Position numbers and translations under genes: made by a program
Notes under the pieces: generated by a model
Seen by the model: the letters and a program-made list of their open reading frames with translations, nothing else
Told to the model about the DNA's origin: nothing
Databases searched by the model: none
Shown here: positions 1 to 13,125 of the stretch, in pieces
Position numbering within the stretch: position 1 is the stretch's first letter
Layout of the letters: the number at the start of each line of letters is the position of its first letter
NCBI GenBank assembly: GCA_030390025.1
Contig: CM059433.1
Location: 25,236,001-25,300,000, forward strand
Source: Squalus acanthias
Lineage: Eukaryota
Direction: 5' to 3'
Length of the DNA stretch: 64,000 nucleotides

Positions 1-53
1 TGCACCCAAAACTGGGCCTGCCCAAATTTCTACCCCTATGTCTCAGACACATT

Positions 54-751
54 GGGCTGGATTTTGTCTTGGGGTCGGGTTGGGGTCGGGTTACCCGCAT
101 TTCGTGTTGTCCCCCCGACTCCAGATTAATGTGGATGAATGATGCAATTTTCACTTAATTGGGCAATTGAGTTCCAGCATGTGGGAACCCATGACCTAAT
201 TAGTGGTTTCAGTGGGAAAGTCGCCTCTGATGATGTCATCATTGCAGGCTGTCTGGCCTTTGCTGTGAGTGGACCTGAGAGAGAGAGAGAGAAAGAGAGA
301 AAGAGAAAGAAAGAGAAAATGAGAATTTTCCAGGGTCTCTCAGAGCAGACAATGCAGCAGCATCAGAGGCGACTTTCAGACCTAATACTACTACCTTCAT
401 CACATCTCCGTTGTAATAGTGGACCTGCAGCTGATAGTCAGCTATCCACTTGTGCTCCCGCCAGGTTTCACTGGAGTGTTTCGCATCAGGCGTACTTCAC
501 GTCGGAAAAGGGTTAAACTAGCTAAAACGTTTCAAAATGGCATTACAGAGCCAATTTAGGCCTTGTTAAGGGCTTTAATGGCCTCTCCCGCCTCTTGGAG
601 GCGGGACGGAGTCGGGAACCCCGTGACCGATTTTGTCAAAATTGTGTGGAAGCGGGATGGAGTCGTGATGGGGTCGGGACCCCCGACCCCGCAACTTTAA
701 CCCCCCACACGCCTCCAAACCCGACTCCACGGGTCATTGAAAATCCAGCCC
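54..751. mobile_element. Non-autonomous DNA transposon (MITE), probably PIF/Harbinger type
   Basis: Terminal inverted repeat GGGCTGGATTTT ... AAAATCCAGCCC; GC-rich subterminal GGGGTCGGG/CCCGACCCC motifs; no coding capacity. Confidence 0.6.
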
Positions 752-1594
752 AAAATGTTAATGCAGACCCACTTACCTTACATGCGCACCCATCCTTCTC
801 ATTCTACGCACTTCCTCACATCCCCATCTATCCATCCACCACTGTCACTCACCCTAATCCTTAGATAATGTCATGCCTCTCCCTGATAGTCACCCTCACC
901 AAATGCTCTCCATCCATCGGGTGAGCACATGCCATTACTCTCACTCATAGGTCTGTTCGTTCCCTCGTTGCAGGAGAAGAGAGCACAGAACACCAGGGGG
1001 GAGGGAGAGAACTGGAGGTGGCCCGCCACATATTTCCCGGCTCACAAATGCAGAGGAGGAGGCGCTGAAGATCAGGGGAGTTTCGGCGCCCCTGCAGGGT
1101 GTAATGGGCGGGGTGAATAACGGGCGTGGTGTGTAACAGCAATTTTTGTCTGATTATCCTGCCGTGAAGAGCCTTGGGATGTTTCACTATGCTAAAGGTG
1201 CAATATAAATGAAAAAATGCAAGTTGTTGTTGTGTCCATCTGAGCAATGAAGCAATGCTTGAAAAACGATGTAAAAAACTTTGTTAACTGGTCCCACAGT
1301 TGCTTTGACCACGTTTTGCTGCATAGAATGTGAGTGCTATAGTTACCCCTACTGGCACTCACTGTGAGCAGGATTCTATACTCCTCTGTTGACTTCTTAA
1401 ATAAGTTTTAAAGAATGGGATTACATTAAATCTAAATCTCCCTAAAGTAATGCCATTACGCCAGGAATACCCAATCTATCAAACTAACACGGCACTTGTG
1501 CAGACTGAGAGTCTTTCTCCTATATACAGAAGTCTTTTACCAACTGCTACAGTGGATCTCTCTCTCTTTATGAATCCATGTTTACTGGCCTGGA

Positions 1595-2119
1595 TTGGAC
1601 CGTGATCTTGAACCACTTGATCATGAACACATGCATGAGTTTGACTCAGGTCAGACTTCAACAACTGAAGCACCAAGTTCAACCAAGTCTGAGATAGAAA
1701 CAGGATCATCTTTGAGTTCGGAACCAAAACAAAACAGCCTGCAAATTGGTTCAACAGCAAAACCTTCTTTAAGGAGATCAGGAAGGCTCGGCAAACCTGT
1801 TATTAAACTGGATTTGTCGTTCAGTTGTAGGATTTGTAGTTCATTTATAGCATTTGTAGTTGATTTTAAAGAAAAAAAGCCAGGAGCTTTTGTTATGTAG
1901 TACATGTAAAGCTGGGAAAGGTGGGACCATAGTTTTGTTGTATTTGAGAGGGGAATATGTAAATTTTTTAAGGGGAAAGCAGTTTAATGCATTATCACAT
2001 GGTTTATCACATGGTTTAGTATGAGCATGCTCAGTTCGCTCTGGCCTAGTAAAGCAAGCACATAGACTAGCAACTCATGGTGTCTCTGTCCTTCATTTGT
2101 TCTACCCACATATATTACA
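1595..2119 (+). mobile_element. 3' end of a Ty3/Gypsy element (integrase C-terminal tail, PPT, 137-bp LTR at 1983-2119)
   Basis: Tail peptide KPSLRRSGRLGKPVIKLDL; purine tract AAGGGGAAAGCAG followed by LTR (T)TTAATG...ATATTACA; 1760-2119 aligns closely with 40165-40509. Confidence 0.85.
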
Positions 2120-2124
2120 GGTTC

Positions 2125-2870
2125 CACATTAGAGTCTGTTAACAAAAATGAGAGCGCATGGAATTGGAGGCAGCCTATTGACATGGGTAGGGAATTGGTT
2201 CGGAGGTAGGAGACAGAGAGTTGGGATAATGGGTATGTACTCCAATTGGCAGGATGTGACTAGTGGTGTCCCCCAGGGATCTGTACTGGGACCTCAGCTT
2301 TTCACTATATTTGTCAATGACTTAGATGAAGGAATAGAGAGTCTTATATCTAATTTTGCTGACGACACCAAGTTAGTTGGCACAGCAAATAGTGTAGATG
2401 GGAGCAGAAAGTTGCAAAGGGACATTGATAGATTAAGTGATGGGCAAAACTGTGGCAGATGGAGTTCAGTGTGGGGAAGTGTGAGGTTATCCACTTTGGA
2501 CCTAAGAAAAATAGATCAGATTATTTTCTAAATGGTGAGAAGCTAGGAACTGTGGAGGAGCAGAGGGATTTAGGGGTCCATATACAGAAATCACTAGAAG
2601 CTCTGGTTAGCCCCCATATAGAGTACTGCGTTCAGTTCTGGACACTGCATCTCAGGAAGGATATATTCACCAGAATAATACCAGGGCGAAAAGGGTTAAA
2701 TTATGAGGACAGGTTGCCTAGACTAGGCTTGTATTCCCTTGAGTATAGAAGATTAAGGGGTAATCTAATTGGGGTGTTTAAAATGATTAAAGGAATCGAT
2801 AGGGTAGACAGAGAGAAACTATTTCCTCTGGTGGGAGTGGCCAGAACAAGGGGACGTAAACTTAATACAT
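2125..2870 (+). mobile_element. CR1 LINE RT fragment (frameshifted, internally deleted)
   Basis: ORFs 2148-2531 and 2459-2878: [37 protein letters not shown]. Confidence 0.9.
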
Positions 2871-3029
2871 TGAATTGAATTGCATGTACAATTTATACAC
2901 AATTGACATTCTCAAATCAATCACATATTGTGCAGTTGCAAAAAGAATAGAATTAAGCTTCAGGCCATTAATAATTAATAATCATAAAGTTTAGTTTCAT
3001 TACTATAACAAAATTTCCTCTTGAGCCAC

Positions 3030-4630
3030 TTACATTTTCACCTTTGATGAGCTGTAGCCACAAGTTGCCACATGGGGTTTTGATATAGTGGCAATAATGG
3101 AGACCAGACTCAAACAAGGGCAGGAATGGGAACTTAACATTCCTGACTACAATGGCCCGGATATTCCGATCCCTACGGGTGTGTACGCGCTGTGTACCCA
3201 CCCGTAGGGACATCGGAAATGCCGGTTTCAGAGATGCACAGCGCATGCGCTGAAAACCGGCATTTCCGATCTGTCAAGAATGGTCTTGACAGATCCTCTG
3301 GCTGCCCTGGAGAAGGGCCTCTGTAGATAGTTCCGCTTTTTGGAGACCCTCCACCCGCAGAAAACCCTTACAATTCTTACGCCTGGTAAAAGCAGGCGTA
3401 AGGCCTGCTTTTACCAGGATAAGAGTTGAAAAAAGTTTAAAAAAAAAATCACTAATTTATCATTTAAAAATACTTTATAAAAAGGTAAGTTTATTTTTAG
3501 CCCCGTAAAAAACTTCAATTATTTTTTTCAAAAAAATTTTTTTTTGTTTAAAATACTTTTAATTTATTGTAATTTCAAGTCATTTTAAAAATGTGATGTT
3601 TCTTTTAAAAAATTATTTAAAGTTTTGCTATGTTTTTGGGGTGATCTCCATTCAGAAATTTGACAGGTCTTCCTGTCAAATGTGTGAAGGGAGATTCCCT
3701 TCAGTGATTGGCTCCCCATGGCCCAGGGACGCTGCGAACTACATGCGCCCCTGGGATACGTAGGCCCTGCGCACTTCAAGTTTGGAGAGGCCCAGGAGCG
3801 GAAGCGTGTGCGTCCCGGGAGCCCTCAGGTAAGGGCGCAGATTTTTCCAGATCGCAGGCCTCCGCCCGCGGGAGACCTGCGATTGGAAAATACAGGCCAA
3901 TATGTTCATGAGGAACAGGGAAAGAAAAAAGGAGGGAGGTGCCAACATTGATCAAAGATACTGTTGCAGCCCTCGAAAGGGATGACGTGCTTGAGGGTTC
4001 TAAGACAGAATCTATTTGGTTAGAGTTAAGGAGCAGGAGAGGAATTATTACGTTGCTGGCTACATAATATAGACCACCAAATAGTGGGAAGGAGATGGAG
4101 GAGTAAATCTGTAAACAGAAAGATACAATAGTTATGGAGTAGTGATAATGGGGGACTTAAATTATCCGAATATAGACTGGGAAAAACTAACAGTGTACAT
4201 AGCAAAGAGGGGGAGGAATTCCAGACATGTGTACAAGAGGACCTGCTTGATCAGCATGTCCTGAGCCCAACGAGGAAGGAAGCAGTGCTGAATCCAGTTC
4301 TGTGGAATGAAGTGGGGCAAGTGGAGCATGTTTCAGTGGAAGAGCATTTGGGAAACAGTGATCACAACATAATTAGGTTTAGAGTAGTTATGGAAAAGGA
4401 CAAGGACAAGGAACAATTAAAGGTGAAAATACTCAACTGGAAGAGGGCTAATTTCAGTGAGTTGAAAAGGGATCTGTCCCAGATGGATTGGAAACCAAGA
4501 TTGGCAGGTAAACCAGTAAATGAGCAATGGGAGGCCTTCAAAGATGAGATAGTTCAGGTACAGACTATACATATTCCTATGGTGGGTGGGGTGGTGGTGT
4601 GGGGGAAAGGAAAAGCATCCAAAATTAGAG
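3030..4630 (+). mobile_element. CR1 LINE endonuclease-region fragment interrupted by a MITE
   Basis: LNIPxY before the MITE and EHLGNSDHNIIRF...LNWKRANF after it (ORF 4285-4692); YRPP and GDxNYP motifs in degraded frames. Confidence 0.75.
3154..3898. mobile_element. Harbinger-type MITE (family A, copy 1)
   Basis: TIR GGCCCGGATATTCC...GGAAAATACAGGCC; AAT duplicated on both sides; aligns along its length with 28148-28883. Confidence 0.85.
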
Positions 4631-4913
4631 ACTACAGTGTAAGACTCAGCCGCTGTGACTCTGATCTGCTATTCAGTTGCTTCAAGTTTTAGAGTAACTT
4701 TGTCTAGCCTACAGCCCATCCATTGCGAGCTGCTATTACCTGCTGAGCTTATGTTCTACAGGTTTATTTTTCTGCTGTTTGGGTCCTAGCCAGAAATCCA
4801 TTTTTCCTGGGCCAAAATCCATTTCTCCGCCGCTTCTGAATCTTATGGTGGCCTCTAATCTGCCCTCTTCTACGTAAACTGATAATTATGAAGGTATTCG
4901 ATAGGGTAGACAA

Positions 4914-5236
4914 GAACAACAACAACTTGCAGTTATATAGTGCCTTTAACGTAATAAAACATCGAAAGGCGCTTCAAGAGAGCATTATCAGACAAAATTT
5001 GACACTGAGCCAGATTGGGAGATATTAGGCCTGGTCAAAGAGGTAGGTTTTAACGAGTGTCTTAAAGGAGGAAAGAGAGGTAGAGAGGCAGAGAGGTTTA
5101 GGGAGGGAATTTCCAGAGCTTAGGGCCTAGGCAGCTGCAGGCACGGTTGCCAATGGTGGAGTGATTAAAATCGGGGATGCGCAAGAGGCCAGAATTGGTG
5201 GAGCGCAGAGATCTCAGAAGGTTGCAGTGCTGGAGA
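4914..5236 (-). mobile_element. L2 LINE 3' fragment
   Basis: (CAA)n tail on + strand and L2 3' end shared with 31915-32241 and 60490-60800. Confidence 0.8.
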
Positions 5237-5514
5237 ACCAAATTTATTCCATTTACCACCTCAAAATGAGCAGTAACTCAACAGAGAATTCAAGCCACTG
5301 TATCTGTGCACAGTTCCAGGAAAATCTCTCCTAGAAAATTATTGAGACACAATCTGATTACAGTTTGCAATCAGTCCTGACCACTGGTTTTCTATTATGT
5401 GACATATTCTGTTCTATTTGAAGGATTTAGGAAGGATGGTCACAGACATGGGTAAATGTATTATTCCAATTGAGAGTTTCAGATCTTTGGTTTACTTCAA
5501 GATCAGAAAACTGA

Positions 5515-7630
5515 TTCTTCTTAGGCAGTCCCTCAGAACCGAGGATGACTTGCTTCCACATTAAAAATTAGTTCGTAGGTGACTGATGAGTCCAATGCGG
5601 GACCTACAGTCTCTGTCACAGGTGGGGCAGACAGTTGTTGAAGGGGCGGGTGGGTGGGGTGCTTGGGTTGACGTGCGCTCCTTGCGCTGCCTGCGCTTGT
5701 CTTCCGCTTGCTCCCGGCGAAGAGACTCGAGCTGTTCGGCGCCTTTCCGGATGTTTCTCCTCCACTTTGTGCGGTCTTGGGCCAGGGATTCCCAGGTGTC
5801 GGTGGGGATGTTACACTTTTTCAAGGAGGCTTTGAGGGTGTCCTTGAAGCGTTTCCTCTGCCCACCTGGGGCTCTCTTGCTGTGCCAGAGCTCCGAGTAG
5901 AGCGCGTGTTTTGGGAGTCTCGTATCGGGCAGGCGGACAATGTGACCCGTCCATCGGAGCTGATTGAGCGTGGTCAAAGCTTCGATGCTGGGGATGTTGG
6001 CCTGAGCGAGGACACTGACGTTGGTGCGCCTATCCTGCCAATGGATTTGCAGGATCTTGCGGAGGCAGCGTTGGTGGTACCTCTCCAGTGTTTTGAGGTG
6101 CCTGCTGTACATGGTCCATGTCTCTGAGGCATACAGCAGGGCGGTTATCACTGCTGATCTGTAGACCATGAGCTTAGTGCTGGGTTTGAGATCCTGGTCT
6201 TCAAACACTCTCTTCCTCAGGCGACCGAAGGCTGCACTGGCACACTGAAGGCGGTGTTGGACTTCATCATCGACGTCTGCCCTTGTTGACAGTAGGCTCC
6301 CGAGGTATGGAAAGTGGTCCACGTTGTCCAAGGCCTTGTCGTGGATTTTGATAATTGGGGGGCAGTACTGTGTGGCGGGGGCAGGTTGGTAGAGGACCTT
6401 TGTCTTACGGATGTTTAGTGTAAGGCCCATGCTCTCGTACGCTTCGGTGAAGGTGTTGATGATGGTTTGGAGTTCGACCTCCGAGTGAGCGCAGACGCAA
6501 GCGTTGTCTGCATACTGTAATTCGACGACAGAGGATGGGACGACCTTGGATCTGGACTGGAGGCGACGGAGGTTGAACAGTTTCCCGTTTGTTCTGTAAA
6601 TTAGCTCCACTCCAGTGGGGAGCTTACTGAGGGTGAGCATTGCAGCAAGGAAGATCGAGAAGAGCGTTGGTGTGATGACACAGCCTTGCTTGATCCTGGT
6701 TCGTATGTGAATTGGGTCTGTGGTGGAACCATTGGTCAGGATCACGGCTTGCATGTCGTCGTGAAGCAGGCAGAGGATGGTGACAAACTTTTGAGGGCAG
6801 CCGAATTTGAGGAGGACACTCCATAATCCCTCACGGTTGACAGTGTCGAAGGCCTTTGTGAGATCAAAGAAGGCCATGTACAGCAGTTGGTGCTGTTCCC
6901 TGCATTTCTCTTGCAATTGATGCGCGGTGAAGATCATGTCCATTGTGCCCCTTAGTGGGCGGAATCCGCATTGCGACTCTGGGAGGAGCTCTTCGGCCAC
7001 TGGGAGAAGGCGATTGAGGAGGATTCTTGCGATGACTTTCCCTGTGGCAGACAGCAGGGAAACTCCTCTGTAATTACCGCAAGCGGACTTGTCACCTTTC
7101 TTGAAGATGGTCACAATTACGGCATCTCTGAGATCCCCTGGCATGCTCTCCTCCTTCCAGATAAGAGAAATTAGTTCATGAATTCGCGCCAGTAGTGCTT
7201 CTCCGCCATGCTTTAGTGCCTCGGCGGGGATTCCATCTGCTCCTGAGGCCTTATTGTTCTTCAGTTGTCGGATGGCCTTTTCAACCTCATGCCGGGCTGG
7301 GGTTGTGCTGAGATGGTGGTGGGTAGCATGCTGCGGGATGGAGTTGAGGACACTCGCGTCGAAGACAGAGTCTCGGTTAAGGAGATCTTCGAAGTGCTCC
7401 TTCCAGCGGGCACTGACTGCCTCTCTGTCCTTGATGAGTACCTCTCCGTTCTTGGCCCGCAGTGGGGTAGGGCCTTGGGTGCTTGGGCCGTAGATGGTCT
7501 TGACTGCGCTAAAGAATCCACGCACGTCGTGGTTGTCAGCTAGCTGCTGGATCTCCTGTGCTTTCTCCACCCACCATCTGTTCTGTAGGTCGCGGATTTT
7601 TTGTTGGACCTCGGCCTTCAGGCGTCTGTA
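5515..7630 (-). mobile_element. RTE (BovB-like) LINE, 5'-truncated
   Basis: Contains the 669-aa RT ORF; short 3' UTR ending GGGACTGCCTAAGAAGAA. Confidence 0.9.
5561..7570 (-). CDS. RTE-clade reverse transcriptase (endonuclease missing; YADD changed to YADN)
   Basis: NYRGVSLL, PESQCGFR, FFDLTKAFDTV, KQGCVI, QYADN, FPYLGS; C-terminal CPTC...H..zinc-finger-like tail. Confidence 0.9.
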   Translation of the reverse strand: MEKAQEIQQLADNHDVRGFFSAVKTIYGPSTQGPTPLRAKNGEVLIKDREAVSARWKEHFEDLLNRDSVFDASVLNSIPQHATHHHLSTTPARHEVEKAIRQLKNNKASGADGIPAEALKHGGEALLARIHELISLIWKEESMPGDLRDAVIVTIFKKGDKSACGNYRGVSLLSATGKVIARILLNRLLPVAEELLPESQCGFRPLRGTMDMIFTAHQLQEKCREQHQLLYMAFFDLTKAFDTVNREGLWSVLLKFGCPQKFVTILCLLHDDMQAVILTNGSTTDPIHIRTRIKQGCVITPTLFSIFLAAMLTLSKLPTGVELIYRTNGKLFNLRRLQSRSKVVPSSVVELQYADNACVCAHSEVELQTIINTFTEAYESMGLTLNIRKTKVLYQPAPATQYCPPIIKIHDKALDNVDHFPYLGSLLSTRADVDDEVQHRLQCASAAFGRLRKRVFEDQDLKPSTKLMVYRSAVITALLYASETWTMYSRHLKTLERYHQRCLRKILQIHWQDRRTNVSVLAQANIPSIEALTTLNQLRWTGHIVRLPDTRLPKHALYSELWHSKRAPGGQRKRFKDTLKASLKKCNIPTDTWESLAQDRTKWRRNIRKGAEQLESLRREQAEDKRRQRKERTSTQAPHPPAPSTTVCPTCDRDCRSRIGLISHLRTNF

Positions 7631-9687
7631 GAGTTATTCCACAACTTGCATTTCAGAAAGTCACCGAAGGTTACGCTCTTAGAACTTTATCTATGGCATG
7701 ATTCAGTTTTTACTGAGACATCATTCATTTCAAACTGGTGTACAAGAAAGCTTGAGGAAGAAAAGCTATTTTTCGATCCTCAATATCTACAGTTCCACGG
7801 TGGAAAGCTGCTTAAGTGAGATTGCTGCAAGAGGCCAATCATAAAAAACTACCTTTTTGTAGATATAATTACCACGAAGAGTCATCACATCACAGAAGTG
7901 TAAGAGCTTTGAAACTGTCGAAATCATTTAATGGAGCACAGGTGGAAGAACAAGTAATTGTCCCAGCAGAGTGCAGTTTTGAAAATGGATTTATATTCAA
8001 GAGTTACCGAATGTCAAATATTTATTGTAAAAGCACAAAAAATTAAGATACAGAAATGGCAGAAAGCATAACTTCAATGTTTATTGTATTAGTTACAGAA
8101 AATCAGGTATGACTTTTCAATATCTATGGATTATACACCCGAGTAAACAAATTTAGCAAATGGCAAATGTTACAAAAGATTCTTTACATGAATCAGTTGC
8201 CCTTTATGCTGAATAGAGGCAATTTTAGCTCATTTTATTTCTAATCCCTCCTGGGGTGAAAGTGGTAATTGTTGCTCCAAGTATGATTTCTCTGTTGGTA
8301 ATGGGGTCAGTGCTGGGAACATTGCTCTTCTCCTGGGGACACCTAAATACATAGAGGTCTCAGCAAAGGTTGATTTCTGTAATTTATATTAGATTCGATC
8401 TTTGATACTCAGAGACTAGAGGGAGCCTTGTTCCAAAGTGTTTATTACAGTTATAAAAGAAGCTAATACAAGGAGTAAAGACATTAAAATACAAATGTTA
8501 TACTTATAACATAATAAAATAAGACATTGAGATACAACCTGTTAACATCTACAAGGTTTCGAGGTGATCAGTCTCGAATGGCCTTATGGTAATAAGTGAG
8601 CGGTCCAGACTCGCTCCGAGAACGTTCTAATAATCTAGGCTTTACGTCTGCCTTATCTACATTAAGCCATTCATTATATTATGAGAACTTGATCCTGCTT
8701 TTGTGCCTGTATGTCAATCAATTTCATTGTCTCAAGCCATCTGATGTCTCCTACACATTCCACAAGAAGGTCAGAAACAGATAATAACGCTTCCCATGCC
8801 AACATCCCATAAACATGATAACCACGGTAGACAGTTACACAAACTGCTGACAATAACAACTTTGAATCTAAAAGGCCTATTCTACTGAAAAGCCTGCAAA
8901 AGGTACTTTTCTCACCGTTGAATTCTTTGTCGGGTCTCTTCTGCTCGTTTACATCTTCCTCCACCTCTTCTGGTGCTGCAGCGATGATCTTGTTGCCAGA
9001 CCGCCAAGATTTTCTTCTTTGGCAATGATGGGCTTCCTGTTGGTGGCAGGAATTCTGTCAGGAGCTTGTCCTATGTACTAAATGATCCCCCAACCCAGGA
9101 AAATGGGTTGGGATCATGAAAGAGTTGTCAGAAATCCTGCCCCCATCGCTACCCTGTTGGAATCCAGCCCCTGCTCTTAGCTAGCATTTCTGTGGAGGGA
9201 GTGATGGACCAATCCAATCCTGCCAATCACACAGTGACAAGTCAACTGGTTGACTGTGCTTAATAGTCTTCAACAAGATACAACACATTAGAACAATTTT
9301 CAGTTGTTGTTTACCAGATCATAAACTTGCCTCAATCATACCCACCAGTAAAGGTCAGCGCTTTGCATTATCTGAGATGTTAATCCAAGGCCCTTTCCTG
9401 CTTCTCCTGGCCTCACAAGGAAAGTTAAAAAAAGGTTAAAAAGACTTACCTCTTTTGGCCTCTTCTGTCCCCGGCTCCTCCTCCCACTAGGTTGTCCTGG
9501 CGGGAAAGCCACAACCACTTCGCCACTCAGGCCCGATGATGTAATTGGAACCCGATCTGCATATTTAAGGTAGAACCCTGCTGGGTTCCGGTTGGCATCC
9601 TTCTCACCTGCTCAGAAGAGCAGGTAAAATCAAGACCTATGGGAAGGGAGTGGATTGTCGACAAGTAAGTCCTCCAGGCGAATTTAC

Positions 9688-10010
9688 ATAGAATTACATA
9701 GACATAGAATTTACAGCACAGAAGCAGGCCATTTGCCCCATCTGGTCTATGCCAGCATTTATGGTCCACATGAGTCTCCTCCCACCCCTCTTAATCTCAT
9801 CCTTCTATTCTTTTCGCCCTCAGGTACTTATCTAGCTTCCCCTTAAATGCTATTCGCCTCAACCAATCCTTGTGGTAGCGAGTTCCACATTCTCACCACT
9901 CTCTGGGTAAAGAAGTTTCTCCTGAATTCCCTATTGGATTTATTGGTGACTATTTCATAAATATAAGGTAGTCCCGAGTTCTGGTCTCTCCACAAGTGGA
10001 AACATTTTCT
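9688..10010 (-). mobile_element. CR1 LINE 3' end fragment
   Basis: RRNFFTQRVVRMWNSLP peptide; CATAGAA-type tail repeats at 9688-9710. Confidence 0.75.
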
Positions 10011-10019
10011 GTATGTTGG

Positions 10020-10365
10020 TGTCCTATTTGACGCTGAGATGAGCTTCCGATCCCATAACCATTCCATCACCAAGACTGCTGACTTCTACCTCCATAACAT
10101 CGCCAACTCTGCCCCTGCCTCAGCTCATCTGCTGCTGAAACCCTCAATGATGACTTTGTTACCTCAAGACGGGACTATTCCAATGCTCTCCTGGTCAGCC
10201 TCCCACCTTCCACCCTTCGTAAACTTGAGCTCATCCAAAACTCTGCTGCCCGTATCCTAACTCCCATCAAGTTCCATTCACCCATTACCCCTGTGCTCGC
10301 TAACCTATATTGGCTCTCAGTCCATCAATGCCTCAGTTTTAACATTTGCATCCTTGTTTTCAAAT
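10020..10365 (+). mobile_element. L2 LINE fragment
   Basis: Degraded L2 C-terminal motifs (KLELIQNSAARIL, PITPVLAxLxWL), homologous to 60550-61200. Confidence 0.75.
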
Positions 10366-10428
10366 CGAAAGGTGTTCATGTTTAGTTCATTCAATAAGGA
10401 ATAAATGTGGTTGGTATCATTAGAGAGA

Positions 10429-12862
10429 CAACAAAGAGCCGCAACCTCGAAAGCAAGATAGAGTCCATGCTCTCAGCCTGTGCTCAGGACACAGCAGACC
10501 AGCTACGAGACACCGCCAAACAGACGAGGCAACGGAACTACGCTTCCTACATGCGCACCAAGAACAGGAAGCTTGAGAAACTCGGCATCACCACCAGCAG
10601 CAACCAAGCCTCCCCCGATACCATGGTTGCAACCACAGGGAAGTCCATCGTCAACCTGTCGGACCACACCCTTCAACCAGACGAAATCGAAGCTCTCGCC
10701 CTAGGGCTCAAGTTCTGCCCCACCACCAAAATGGACCCCATCGGTCTCGTGGCAGACACAGAGGAATTCATCAGGAGAATGAGGATCCGGGAATACTACC
10801 ACAAATCCCAAGATGTCAGCAACAAACCCAATGAGACAATCAATGATCCGGAACAGCAGACAGAGGGAACCGCAGTGCAGCAACCGAGGAAGAAAGAGTC
10901 AAATTGGACCCCTCCGGAGGGTCGCTGCCCTAAGCTTGACATGTATGCTCAAGCTGTCAGGAAATGCATCAACGCCAGATTCATCAGCCGCACTCACAAG
11001 ACAGTCCAGAATGTCACCCGAGCACAACGCAACGCCATCCACGCTCTCAAGACCAACTGCAACATCGTCATCAAACCAGTGGACAAAGGAGGAGCCATCG
11101 TCATACAGAACAGAATGGACTATTGCAAAGAAGCATACCGACAACTGGATTCCAGGAACACTACAGACAGTTACCCGCAGATCCGACCAAAGAACACACC
11201 CGCCAACTCAATAGACTGATCAAGACCTTCGATCCAGACCTTCAAAACATCCTACGCGCTCTCATCCCACGTACTCCCCACGTAGGAGACTTCTACTGCC
11301 TCCCAAAGATACACAAAGCCAACACACCCGGACGTCCTATCGTATCAGGCAACAGAACCCTGTGTGAGAACCTCTCTGGGTACGTCGAGGGCATCGTACA
11401 GGGAACCCCCAGCTTCTGTCGCGACACTACAGACTTCTTGCAGAAACTCAGCACCCATGGACCAGTTGAACCAAGAACACTCCTTGCCACGATGGACGTA
11501 TCGGCACTCTACATCAATATCCCCCACGATGACGGCATCGCTGCGACAGCCTCAGTACTCAACACCAACAACAGCCAATCTCCAGACGCCATCCTACAAC
11601 TCATCCGCTTCATCCTTGACCACAATGTCTTCACCTTCGACAACCAGTTTTTTACCCAAACACACGGAACAGCCATGGGGACCAAATTCGCATCCCAATA
11701 CGCCAACATCTTCATGCACAAGTTCGAGCAAGACTTCTTCGCTGCACAAGACCTCCAACCAACGCTGTACACCAGATACATCGACGACATCTTCTTCCTT
11801 TGGACCCACAGCGAAGGATCACTGAAAGGACTACACAATAACATCAACAGGTTCCATCCCACCATCAAACTCACCATGGACTACTCCTCAGAATCGGTTT
11901 CATTCTTGGACACACGAATCTCCATCAAAGACGGACACCTCAGCACTTCACTCTACTGCAAGCCCACGGACAACCTCACGATGCTCCACTTCTCCAGCTT
12001 CCACCCTAACCACGTTAAAGAAGCCATCCCCTATGGACAAGCCCTGCGAATACACAGGATCTGCTCAGACGAGGAGGAACGCGAGGGACACCTACGGACG
12101 CTGAAAGACGCCCTCGTAAGAATGGGATATGACGCTCGACTCGTCGATCGACAGTTCCGACGGGCCACAGCGAAAAACCGCATAGACCTCCTCAGAAGGC
12201 GAACAAGGGACACAACCAACAGAGTACCCTACGTCGTCCAGTACTTCCCCGGAGCGGAGAAACTACGGCATGTTCTTCGCAGCCTTCAACATGTCATTGA
12301 TGATGACGAACACCTTGCTAAGGCCATCCCCACGCCTCCACTACTCGCCTTCAAGCAGCCGCCTAACCTCAAAAGTACCATCGTTCGCAGCAAATTACCC
12401 AGCTGTCAGGAGAACAGCGACCACGACACCACACAACCCTGCCACGGCAACCTCTGCAAGACATGCCAGATCATCAACACAGATACCATCATCACACGTG
12501 AGGACACTACCCACCAGGTACATGGTACATACTCATGTGACTCGGCCAACGTTGTCTACCTCATACGTTGCAGGAAAGAATGCACCGCGGCATGGTACAT
12601 CGGCGAGACCATGCAGACACTGAGACAACGTATGAACGGACACCGCACAACAATCGCCAGGCAGGATTGTTACCTCCCAGTCGGGGAACACTTCAGCAGT
12701 CAAGGACATTCAGCCACGGATCTGCGGGTTAGCGTTCTCCAAGGCGGCCTTCGAGACACACGACAACGCAAAATCATCGAGCAGAAACTGATAGCCAAGT
12801 TCTGCACCCATGAGGACGGCCTCAATAGGGATCTCGAGTTCATGTCACGCTACAGAACGTGA
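10429..12862 (+). pseudogene. Penelope RT/GIY-YIG polyprotein, frameshift near 11150
   Basis: ORFs 10407-11219 and 10964-12862: IKPVDKGG, FYCLPKIHK, GRPIVS, GTAMG, RYIDD, NVVYLIRC...YIGET. Confidence 0.9.
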
Positions 12863-13084
12863 CTCGACATCGTTGTCTGTTTTTCCAGTTTTTATTAAAA
12901 AAAAAGTTAAAAGCTTAACTGCAGACGGCAGCATTTGACACGTTGGACCCCCTGTGACCCACCTCATTGTCTTAGCTGTACTCTGATGTGTCTTTGATGT
13001 AATGCCTCCCTAACAGATTGTATCTCTGCAGACACATTGTTTCTGTGTATATATACTGTGTAATCGATTGTCCCTCACTGTACC

Positions 13085-13125
13085 TGTACCTGAAGAAGGA
13101 GCAGCGCTCCGAAAGCTCGTAATTT
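13085..13125 (+). ncRNA. Putative minimal type I hammerhead ribozyme core in Penelope 3' region
   Basis: CTGAAGA + A + stem GGAGC-agc-GCTCC + GAAA + palindromic AGCT + C; Penelope-like elements are known to carry minimal hammerheads. Confidence 0.55.

Noticed and set aside
5586..7543. Multiple antisense and alternate-frame ORFs over the RTE (likewise over Penelope, CR1 and ERV)
   Set aside because: Shadow ORFs of GC-rich retroelement coding sequence.
8674..8964. 96-aa minus-strand ORF as an exon
   Set aside because: Closed by an upstream in-frame stop, with no convincing splice sites or homology.
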